14,468 nucleotides of DNA from a virus. Below the pieces are notes generated by a model that worked only from the letters and a program-made list of their open reading frames with translations, was not told where the DNA came from and did not search any database. Below are positions 1-6,929 of the stretch, in pieces. Within the stretch, counting starts at the first letter, position 1. Each line of letters begins with the position of its first letter. Both the position numbers and the translations under genes were made by a program. The stretch lies in the UHGV virus genome UHGV-0284478; one strand, given 5' to 3'.

Positions 1-1
1 C

Positions 2-820
2 GACACGCTGCAGAACACGCAGCTGCAGAGCGCCATTGTGAAGGCGATGTATGCCGCCACCATTGAGAGTGAGCTGGATACGCAGTCAGCGATGGATTTT
101 ATTCTGGGCGCGAACAGTCAGGAGCAGCGGGAAAGGCTGACGGGCTGGATTGGTGAAATTGCCGCGTATTACGCCGCAGCACCGGTCCGTCTGGGAGGCG
201 CAAAAGTGCCGCACCTGATGCCGGGGGACTCACTGAACCTGCAGACGGCTCAGGACACGGATAACGGCTACTCCGTGTTTGAGCAGTCACTGTTGCGGTA
301 TATCGCTGCCGGGCTGGGTGTCTCGTATGAGCAGCTTTCCCGGAATTACGCCCAGATGAGCTACTCCACGGCACGGGCCAGCGCGAACGAGTCGTGGGCG
401 CACTTTATGGGGCGGCGAAAATTCGTCGCATCCCGTCAGGCGAGCCAGATGTTTCTGTGCTGGCTGGAAGAGGCCATCGTTCGCCGCGTGGTGACGTTAC
501 CTTCAAAAGCGCGCTTCAGTTTTCAGGAAGCCCGCAGTGCCTGGGGGAACTGCGACTGGATAGGCTCCGGTCGTATGGCCATCGATGGTCTGAAAGAAGT
601 ACAGGAAGCGGTGATGCTGATAGAAGCCGGACTGAGCACCTACGAGAAAGAGTGCGCAAAACGCGGCGACGACTATCAGGAAATTTTTGCCCAGCAGGTC
701 CGTGAAACGATGGAGCGCCGCGCAGCCGGTCTTAAACCGCCCGCCTGGGCGGCAGCGACATTTGAATCCGGACTGCGACAATCAACAGAGGAGGAGAAGA
801 GTGACAGCAGAGCTGCGTAA
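2..820 (+). CDS. B: Portal protein, C-terminal part (5' end lies upstream of the window; reading phase starts at base 2)
   Basis: Open frame runs from the window edge to the stop at 818-820; translation (…MYAATIESELDTQSAMDFILGANSQEQRERLTGWIGEIAAYY…) is recognisable as the C-terminus of lambda portal protein gpB; lies immediately upstream of the C/Nu3 homologue as in lambda. Confidence 0.9.
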   Translation, partial: DTLQNTQLQSAIVKAMYAATIESELDTQSAMDFILGANSQEQRERLTGWIGEIAAYYAAAPVRLGGAKVPHLMPGDSLNLQTAQDTDNGYSVFEQSLLRYIAAGLGVSYEQLSRNYAQMSYSTARASANESWAHFMGRRKFVASRQASQMFLCWLEEAIVRRVVTLPSKARFSFQEARSAWGNCDWIGSGRMAIDGLKEVQEAVMLIEAGLSTYEKECAKRGDDYQEIFAQQVRETMERRAAGLKPPAWAAATFESGLRQSTEEEKSDSRAA

Positions 821-2120
821 TCTCCCGCATATTGCCAGTATGGCCTTTAATGAGCCGCTGATGCTTGAACCCGCCTATGCGCGGGTTTTCTTTTGTGCGC
901 TTGCAGGCCAGCTTGGGATCAGCCGCCTGACGGATGCAGTATCCGGCGACAGCCTGACTGCCGGAGAGGCACCCGCGGCGCTGGCGTTATCCGTTGATGA
1001 TGACGGACCACGACAGGCCCGCAGTTATCAGGTCATGAACGGCATCGCCGTGCTGCCGGTGTCCGGCACGCTGGTCAGTCGGACGCGAGCGCTGCAGCCG
1101 TATTCGGGGATGACCGGTTACAACGGCATTATCGCCCGTCTGCAACAGGCTGCCAGCGACCCGATGGTGGACGGCATTCTGCTCGATATGGATACGCCAG
1201 GCGGGATGGTGGCAGGGGCATTTGACTGCGCTGACATCATCGCCCGTGTGCGTGACATAAAGCCGGTATGGGCGCTGGCCAACGACATGAACTGCAGTGC
1301 AGGTCAGTTGCTTGCCAGTGCCGCCTCCCGGCGTCTGGTCACGCAGACCGCCCGGACAGGCTCCATCGGCGTCATGATGGCTCACAGTAATTACGGTGCT
1401 GCGCTGGAGAAACAGGGTGTGGAAATCACGCTGATTTACAGCGGCAGCCATAAGGTGGATGGCAACCCCTACAGCCATCTTCCGGATGACGTCCGGGAGA
1501 CACTGCAGTCCCGGATGGACGCAACCCGCCGGATGTTTGCACAGAAGGTGTCGGCATATACCGGCCTGTCCGTGCAGGCTGTGCTGGATACCGAGGCTGC
1601 AGTGTACAGCGGTCAGGAGGCCATTGATGCCGGACTGGCTGATGAACTTGTTAACAGTACCGATGCGATCACCGTCATGCGTGATGCACTGGATGCACGT
1701 AAATCCCGTCTCTCAGGAGGGCGAATGACCAAAGAGACTCAATCAACAACTGTTTCAGCCACTGCTTCGCAGGCTGACGTTACTGAGGTGGTGCAAGCGA
1801 CGGAGGGCGAGAACGCCAGCGCGGCGCAGCCGGACGTGAACGCGCAGATCACCGCAGCGGTTGCGGCAGAAAACAGTCGCATTATGGGGATCCTCAACTG
1901 TGAGGAGGCTCACGGACGCGAAGAGCAGGCACGCGTGCTGGCCGAAACCCCCGGTATGACCGTGGAAACGGCCCGCCGCATTCTGGCAGCTGCACCACAG
2001 AGTGCACAGGCGCGCAGTGACACTGCGCTGGATCGTCTGATGCAGGGGGCACCGGCACCGCTGGCTGCAGGTAACCCGGCATCTGATGCCGTTAACGATT
2101 TGCTGAACACACCAGTGTAA
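801..2120 (+). CDS. C: Prohead protease / capsid assembly protein C (ClpP/SppA-like serine protease family), GTG start
   Basis: GTG at 801 preceded by a strong Shine-Dalgarno GAGGAGGAG (789-797); translation from 801 (TAELRNLPHIASMAFNEPLMLEPAYARVFF…) matches lambda gpC N-terminus; length 439 aa equals lambda gpC; overlaps the end of B by 20 nt. The ORF-track start at 687 is an in-frame upstream Met inside B and is not used. Confidence 0.88.
   Translation: MTAELRNLPHIASMAFNEPLMLEPAYARVFFCALAGQLGISRLTDAVSGDSLTAGEAPAALALSVDDDGPRQARSYQVMNGIAVLPVSGTLVSRTRALQPYSGMTGYNGIIARLQQAASDPMVDGILLDMDTPGGMVAGAFDCADIIARVRDIKPVWALANDMNCSAGQLLASAASRRLVTQTARTGSIGVMMAHSNYGAALEKQGVEITLIYSGSHKVDGNPYSHLPDDVRETLQSRMDATRRMFAQKVSAYTGLSVQAVLDTEAAVYSGQEAIDAGLADELVNSTDAITVMRDALDARKSRLSGGRMTKETQSTTVSATASQADVTEVVQATEGENASAAQPDVNAQITAAVAAENSRIMGILNCEEAHGREEQARVLAETPGMTVETARRILAAAPQSAQARSDTALDRLMQGAPAPLAAGNPASDAVNDLLNTPV
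1515..2120 (+). CDS. nu3: Scaffolding protein Nu3, translated from an internal in-frame start within C (shares C-terminus and stop with C)
   Basis: In-frame ATG at 1515 (MDATRRMFAQKVSAYTGLS…), 714 nt downstream of the C start, which is the same offset I recall for lambda Nu3 within C; nested in-frame arrangement is established for lambda. Confidence 0.7.
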   Translation: MDATRRMFAQKVSAYTGLSVQAVLDTEAAVYSGQEAIDAGLADELVNSTDAITVMRDALDARKSRLSGGRMTKETQSTTVSATASQADVTEVVQATEGENASAAQPDVNAQITAAVAAENSRIMGILNCEEAHGREEQARVLAETPGMTVETARRILAAAPQSAQARSDTALDRLMQGAPAPLAAGNPASDAVNDLLNTPV

Positions 2121-2129
2121 GGGATGTTT

Positions 2130-2462
2130 ATGACGAGCAAAGAAACCTTTACCCATTACCAGCCGCTGGGCAACAGTGACCCGGCACATACGGCAACCGC
2201 GCCCGGCGGATTGAGTGCGAAAGCGCCTGCAATGACCCCGCTGATGCTGGACACCTCCACCCGTAAGCTGGTTGTGTGGGATGGCACCACCGACGGTGCT
2301 GCCGTTGGCATTCTGGCGGTTGCTGCTGACCAGACCAGCACCACGCTGACGTTCTACAAGTCCGGCACGTTCCGTTATGAGGATGTGCTCTGGCCGGAGG
2401 CTGCCAGCGACGAGACGAAAAAACGGACCGCGTTTGCCGGAACGGCAATCAGCATCGTTTAA
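2130..2462 (+). CDS. D: Head decoration protein D
   Basis: Translation [43 protein letters not shown]… is recognisable as lambda gpD; 110 aa as in lambda; second ATG (2130) chosen over 2124 because the homologue starts MTSKETF; GGGA 7-10 nt upstream. Confidence 0.92.
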   Translation: MTSKETFTHYQPLGNSDPAHTATAPGGLSAKAPAMTPLMLDTSTRKLVVWDGTTDGAAVGILAVAADQTSTTLTFYKSGTFRYEDVLWPEAASDETKKRTAFAGTAISIV

Positions 2463-2482
2463 CCTTACCCTTCATCACTAAA

Positions 2483-2504
2483 GGCCGCCTGTGCGGCTTT
2501 TTTT
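2483..2504 (+). terminator. Intergenic stem-loop plus T7 run between D and E (partial or attenuating intrinsic terminator)
   Basis: GCCGC (2484-2488) pairs with GCGGC (2493-2497) around a CTGT loop, followed directly by TTTTTTT (2498-2504); a second T-run (2511-2517) precedes the E start codon. Confidence 0.5.
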
Positions 2505-2517
2505 ACGGGATTTTTTT

Positions 2518-3543
2518 ATGTCGATGTACACAACCGCCCAGCTGCTGGCGGCAAATGAGAAGAAATTTAAGTTTGATCCGCTGTTTCTGCGTCTCTTTTT
2601 CCGTGAGAGCTATCCCTTCACCACGGAGAAAGTCTATCTCTCACAAATTCCGGGACTGGTAAACATGGCGCTGTACGTTTCGCCGATTGTTTCCGGTGAG
2701 GTTATCCGCTCCCGTGGCGGCTCCACCTCTGAATTTACACCGGGATATGTCAAGCCGAAGCATGAGGTGAATCCGCAGATGACCCTGCGTCGCCTGCCGG
2801 ATGAAGATCCACAGAATCTGGCGGACCCGGCTTACCGCCGCCGTCGCATCATTCTGCAGAACATGCGAGACGAAGAGCTGGCCATTGCTCAGGTCGAAGA
2901 GATGCAGGCCGTTTCTGCCGTGCTTAAGGGCAAATATACCATGACCGGTGAAGCCTTCGATCCGGTTGAGGTGGATATGGGCCGCAGTGAGGCGAATAAC
3001 ATCACGCAGTCCGGCGGCACGGAGTGGAGCAAGCGTGACAAGTCCACGTATGATCCGACCGACGATATCGAAGCCTACGCGCTGAACGCCAGCGGAGTGG
3101 TGAATATCATCGTGTTTGATCCGAAAGGCTGGGCGCTGTTCCGTTCCTTCAAAGCCGTCAGGGAGAAGCTGGATACTCGTCGCGGCTCTCATTCCGAGCT
3201 GGAGACAGCGGTGAAAGACCTGGGCAAAGCGGTGTCCTACAAGGGGATGTATGGCGATGTGGCCATCGTCGTGTATTCCGGACAGTACGTGGAAAACGGC
3301 GTCAAAAAGAACTTCCTGCCGGACAACACGATGGTGCTGGGGAACACTCAGGCACGCGGTCTGCGCACCTATGGCTGCATTCAGGATGCGGACGCACAGC
3401 GCGAAGGCATTAACTCCTCTGCCCGTTACCCGAAAAACTGGGTGACCACCGGCGATCCGGCGCGTGAGTTCACCATGATTCAGTCAGCACCGCTGATGCT
3501 GCTGGCTGACCCTGATGAGTTCGTGTCCGTACAACTGGCGTAA
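2518..3543 (+). CDS. E: Major capsid protein E (HK97-fold major head protein)
   Basis: Translation from ATG 2518 (MSMYTTAQLLAANEKKFKFDPLFLRLFFRESYPFTTEKVYLSQIPGLVNMALYVSP…) is recognisable as lambda gpE; 341 aa as in lambda. The ORF-track start at 2491 adds 9 non-homologous residues and overlaps the upstream hairpin, so it is rejected. Confidence 0.93.
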   Translation: MSMYTTAQLLAANEKKFKFDPLFLRLFFRESYPFTTEKVYLSQIPGLVNMALYVSPIVSGEVIRSRGGSTSEFTPGYVKPKHEVNPQMTLRRLPDEDPQNLADPAYRRRRIILQNMRDEELAIAQVEEMQAVSAVLKGKYTMTGEAFDPVEVDMGRSEANNITQSGGTEWSKRDKSTYDPTDDIEAYALNASGVVNIIVFDPKGWALFRSFKAVREKLDTRRGSHSELETAVKDLGKAVSYKGMYGDVAIVVYSGQYVENGVKKNFLPDNTMVLGNTQARGLRTYGCIQDADAQREGINSSARYPKNWVTTGDPAREFTMIQSAPLMLLADPDEFVSVQLA

Positions 3544-3546
3544 TCG

Positions 3547-3570
3547 TGGCCCTTCGGGGCCATTTTCTCT
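3547..3570 (+). terminator. Intergenic GC stem with TTCG tetraloop followed by a T-rich tract, between E and FI
   Basis: TGGCCC (3547-3552) / TTCG loop / GGGCCA (3557-3562), followed by TTTTCTCT (3563-3570); sits 5 nt after the E stop. Confidence 0.4.
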
Positions 3571-3584
3571 ATGTGGAGGAGTCC

Positions 3585-3980
3585 ATGACGAAAGGTGAAC
3601 TGATTGTCCGTCTCCGGTCGCTGGGTGAGCAACTGAACCGTGATGTCAGCCTGACGGGGACGAAAGAAGAACTGGCGCTCCGTGTGGCAGAGCTGGAAGA
3701 GGAGCTTGATGACACGGATGACGCTGCCGGTCAGGATACCCCTCTCAGACCGGAAAATGCGCTGACCGGACATGAAAATGAGGTGGTATCAGCGCAGCCG
3801 GATACCATGATTGATACGGCTGCTCTGGTCACGGTCGTGGCACTGGTGACGCTGCATACTGATGCACTTCACGCCACGCGGGATGAACCTGTGGCATTTG
3901 TGCTGCCGGGAACGGCGTTTCGTGTCTCTGCCGGTGTGGCAGCCGAAATGACAGAACGTGGCCTGGCCAGAATGCAATAA
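3585..3980 (+). CDS. FI: DNA-packaging / head assembly protein FI
   Basis: Translation from ATG 3585 (MTKGELIVRLRSLGEQLNRDVSLTGTKEELALRVAELEEELDD…) is recognisable as lambda gpFI; GGAGGAG Shine-Dalgarno at 3574-3580. Confidence 0.88.
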   Translation: MTKGELIVRLRSLGEQLNRDVSLTGTKEELALRVAELEEELDDTDDAAGQDTPLRPENALTGHENEVVSAQPDTMIDTAALVTVVALVTLHTDALHATRDEPVAFVLPGTAFRVSAGVAAEMTERGLARMQ

Positions 3981-3991
3981 CGGGAGGCGCT

Positions 3992-4345
3992 GTGGCTGAT
4001 TTCGATAACCTGTTCGATGCTGCCATTGCCCGCGCCGATGAAACGATACGCGGGTACATGGGAACGTCAGCCACCATGACATCCGGTGAGCAGTCCGGCG
4101 CAGTAATACGTGGTGTTTTTGATGACCCTGAAAATATCAGCTATGCCGGACAGGGCGTACGCGTTGAAGGCTCCAGCCCGTCCCTGTTTGTCCGGACTGA
4201 TGATGTGCGGCAGCTGCGGCGCGGCGACACGCTGACCATCGGTGAGGAAAACTTCTGGATAGACCGGATTTCGCCGGATGATGGTGGAAGCTGTCATCTC
4301 TGGCTTGGGCGGGGCGTACCGCCTGCCGTTAACCGTCGCCGCTGA
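3992..4345 (+). CDS. FII: Head-tail connector (head completion) protein FII, GTG start
   Basis: 117-aa translation MADFDNLFDAAIARADETIRGYMGTSAT… is recognisable as lambda gpFII (same length); GGGAGG upstream at 3982-3987. Confidence 0.9.
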   Translation: MADFDNLFDAAIARADETIRGYMGTSATMTSGEQSGAVIRGVFDDPENISYAGQGVRVEGSSPSLFVRTDDVRQLRRGDTLTIGEENFWIDRISPDDGGSCHLWLGRGVPPAVNRRR

Positions 4346-4356
4346 AAGGGGGATGT

Positions 4357-4935
4357 ATGGCCATAAAAGGTCTTGAGCAGGCCGTTGAAAACCTCAGCCG
4401 TATCAGCAAAACGGCGGTGCCTGGTGCCGCCGCAATGGCCATTAACCGCGTTGCTTCATCCGCGATATCGCAGTCGGCGTCACAGGTTGCCCGTGAGACA
4501 AAGGTACGCCGGAAACTGGTAAAGGAAAGGGCCAGGCTGAAAAGGGCCACGGTCAAAAATCCGCAGGCCAGAATCAGGGTTAACCGGGGGGATTTGCCCG
4601 TAATAAAGCTGGGTAACGCGCGGATTGTCCTGTCCCGACGCAGGCGTCGTAAAAAGGGGCAGCGTTCAGCCCTGAAAGGTGGCGGCAGCGTGCTTGTGGT
4701 GGGAAACCGTCGTATTCCCGGCGCGTTTATTCAGCAACTGAAAAATGGCCGGTGGCATGTCATGCAGCGTGTGGCCGGGAAAAACCGTTACCCCATTGAT
4801 GTGGTGAAAATCCCGATGGCGGTGCCGCTTACCACGGCGTTTAAACAGAATATTGAACGGATACGGCGTGAACGTCTTCCGAAAGAGCTGGGCTATGCGC
4901 TGCAGCATCAACTGAGAATGGTAATAAAGCGATGA
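4357..4935 (+). CDS. Z: Tail completion / minor tail protein Z
   Basis: 192-aa translation MAIKGLEQAVENLSRISKTAVPGAAAMAINRV… is recognisable as lambda gpZ (same length); AAAGGGGG Shine-Dalgarno; follows FII. Confidence 0.9.
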   Translation: MAIKGLEQAVENLSRISKTAVPGAAAMAINRVASSAISQSASQVARETKVRRKLVKERARLKRATVKNPQARIRVNRGDLPVIKLGNARIVLSRRRRRKKGQRSALKGGGSVLVVGNRRIPGAFIQQLKNGRWHVMQRVAGKNRYPIDVVKIPMAVPLTTAFKQNIERIRRERLPKELGYALQHQLRMVIKR

Positions 4936-5327
4936 AACATACTGAACTCCGTGCAGCCGTACTGGATGCACTGGAGAAGCATGACACCGGGGCGACGCTT
5001 TTTGATGGTCGCCCCGCTGTTTTTGATGAGGCGGATTTTCCGGCAATTGCCGTTTATCTCATCGGCGCTGAATACACGGGCGAAGAGCTGGACAGTGATA
5101 CCTGGCAGGCGGAGCTGCATATTGAAGTTTTCCTGCCTGCTCAGGTGCCGGATTCAGAGCTGGATTCGTGGATGGAGTCCCGGATTTATCCGGTGATGAG
5201 CGATGTCCCGGCACTGTCAGATTTGATCACCAGTATGGTGGCCAGTGGCTATGACTACCGGCGCGACGATGATGCGGGCCTGTGGAGTTCAGCCGATCTG
5301 ACTTATGTCATTACCTATGAAATGTGA
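4932..5327 (+). CDS. U: Tail terminator (tail tube terminator) protein U
   Basis: 131-aa translation [45 protein letters not shown]… is recognisable as lambda gpU; ATGA start/stop overlap with Z. Confidence 0.9.
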   Translation: MKHTELRAAVLDALEKHDTGATLFDGRPAVFDEADFPAIAVYLIGAEYTGEELDSDTWQAELHIEVFLPAQVPDSELDSWMESRIYPVMSDVPALSDLITSMVASGYDYRRDDDAGLWSSADLTYVITYEM

Positions 5328-5334
5328 GGACGAT

Positions 5335-6075
5335 ATGCCTGTACCAAATCCAGTAATGCCGGTGAAAGGGGCCGGGACCACACTGTGGGTTTATAAGGGG
5401 AGCGGTGACCCTTATGCGAACCCGCTTTCAGACGTTGACTGGTCGCGTCTGGCAAAAGTTAAAGACCTGACGCCCGGCGAACTGACCGCTGAGTCCTATG
5501 ACGACAGCTATCTCGATGATGAAGATGCAGACTGGACTGCGACCGGGCAGGGGCAGAAATCTGCCGGAGATACCAGCTTCACGCTGGCTTGGATGCCCGG
5601 AGAGCAGGGGCAGCAGGCGCTGCTGGCGTGGTTTAATGAAGGTGATACCCGTGCCTATAAAATCCGCTTCCCGAACGGCACGGTCGATGTGTTCCGTGGC
5701 TGGGTCAGCAGTATCGGTAAGGCGGTGACGGCGAAGGAAGTGATTACCCGCACGGTGAAGGTCACCAATGTGGGACGTCCGTCGATGGCAGAAGATCGCA
5801 GCACGGTGACGGCGGCCACCGGCATGACGGTAACGCCAGCCAGTGCTTCCGTAGTGAAAGGGCAGAGCACCACGCTGACCGTGGCCTTCCAGCCGGAAGG
5901 GGCAACCGACAAGAGCTTCCGTGCGGTGTCTTCGGATAAAACAAAAGCCACCGTGTCGGTCAGTGGTATGACCATCACCGTGAACGGCGTTGCTGCAGGC
6001 AAGGTCAACATTCCGGTTGTATCTGGTAATGGTGAGTTTGCTGCGGTTGCAGAAATCACCGTCACCGCCAGTTAA
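5335..6075 (+). CDS. V: Major tail tube protein V with C-terminal bacterial Ig-like (Big_2-type) domain
   Basis: Translation from ATG 5335 ([42 protein letters not shown]…) is recognisable as lambda gpV; 246 aa as in lambda; GAGGA Shine-Dalgarno at 5326-5330. The ORF-track start at 5305 lies inside U and is rejected. Confidence 0.92.
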   Translation: MPVPNPVMPVKGAGTTLWVYKGSGDPYANPLSDVDWSRLAKVKDLTPGELTAESYDDSYLDDEDADWTATGQGQKSAGDTSFTLAWMPGEQGQQALLAWFNEGDTRAYKIRFPNGTVDVFRGWVSSIGKAVTAKEVITRTVKVTNVGRPSMAEDRSTVTAATGMTVTPASASVVKGQSTTLTVAFQPEGATDKSFRAVSSDKTKATVSVSGMTITVNGVAAGKVNIPVVSGNGEFAAVAEITVTAS

Positions 6076-6090
6076 TCCGGAGAGTCAGCG

Positions 6091-6513
6091 ATGTTCCTGA
6101 AAACAGAATCATTTGAACATAACGGTGTGACCGTCACGCTTTCTGAACTGTCAGCCCTGCAGCGTATTGAGCATCTCGCCCTGATGAAACGGCAGGCAGA
6201 ACAGGCGGAGTCAGACAGCAACCGGAAGTTTACTGTGGAAGACGCCATCAGAACCGGCGCGTTTCTGGTGGCGATGTCCCTGTGGCATAACCATCCGCAG
6301 AAGACAAAGCTGCCTTCCATGAATGAAGCCGTTAAACAGATTGAGCAGGAAGTGCTTACCACCTGGCCCACAGAGGCAATTTCTCATGCTGAAAACGTGG
6401 TGTACCGGCTGTCCGGTATGTATGAGTTTGTGGTGAATGATGCCCCTGAACAGGCAGAGGACGCCGGGTCTGCAGAGCCTGTTTCTGCGGGAAAGTGTTC
6501 GACGGTGAGCTGA
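6091..6513 (+). CDS. G: Tail assembly chaperone G (zero-frame product)
   Basis: 140-aa translation MFLKTESFEHNGVTVTLSELSALQRIEHLALMKRQAEQ… is recognisable as lambda gpG; same length. Confidence 0.9.
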   Translation: MFLKTESFEHNGVTVTLSELSALQRIEHLALMKRQAEQAESDSNRKFTVEDAIRTGAFLVAMSLWHNHPQKTKLPSMNEAVKQIEQEVLTTWPTEAISHAENVVYRLSGMYEFVVNDAPEQAEDAGSAEPVSAGKCSTVS

Positions 6514-6929
6514 GTTTTGCCCTGAAACTGGCGCGTGAGATGGGGCGACCTGACTGGCGCGCCATGCTTGCCGGGATGTCATCCACAGAGTATGCCGACT
6601 GGCACCGCTTTTACAGTACCCATTATTTTCATGATGTTCTGCTGGATATGCACTTTTCCGGGCTGACGTACACCGTGCTCAGCCTGTTTTTCAGCGATCC
6701 GGAGATGCATCCGCTGGATTTCAGTCTGCTGAACCGGCGCGAGGCTGACGAAGAGCCTGAAGATGATGTGCTGATGCAGAAAGCGGCAGGGCTTGCCGGA
6801 GGCGTTCGTTTTGGCCTGGACGGGAATGAAGTTATCCCCGCTTCCCCGGATGTGGCGGACATGACGGAGGATGACGTAATGCTGATGACAGTATCAGAAG
6901 GGATCGCAGGAGGAGTCCGGTATGGCTGA
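6091..6929 (+). CDS. T: Tail assembly chaperone G-T fusion, made by programmed -1 ribosomal frameshift at 6489-6495 (G frame 6091-6495, then T frame 6495-6929)
   Basis: The -1 frame is open from 6495 to the stop at 6927-6929 with no plausible independent start or ribosome-binding site; the slippery heptamer G_GGA_AAG lies at the junction; the T-frame stop overlaps the H start codon. The G-T frameshift is established for lambda. Confidence 0.8.
6489..6495 (+). promoter_or_regulatory. Slippery heptanucleotide G GGA AAG for the G-T -1 frameshift
   Basis: Read directly: in the G frame GCG-GGA-AAG encodes A-G-K (6487-6495); the same heptamer is the lambda G-T frameshift site. Confidence 0.8.

Noticed and set aside
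687-800. Upstream in-frame ATG extending the C ORF to 477 aa
   Set aside because: It lies inside the portal gene and has no ribosome-binding site; GTG at 801 has a strong Shine-Dalgarno sequence and gives the 439-aa length of lambda gpC.
2491-2517. Upstream ATG extending the E ORF (MRLFLRDFF…)
   Set aside because: The extension overlaps the intergenic hairpin and T-run and has no homology; the homologue begins MSMYTT at 2518.
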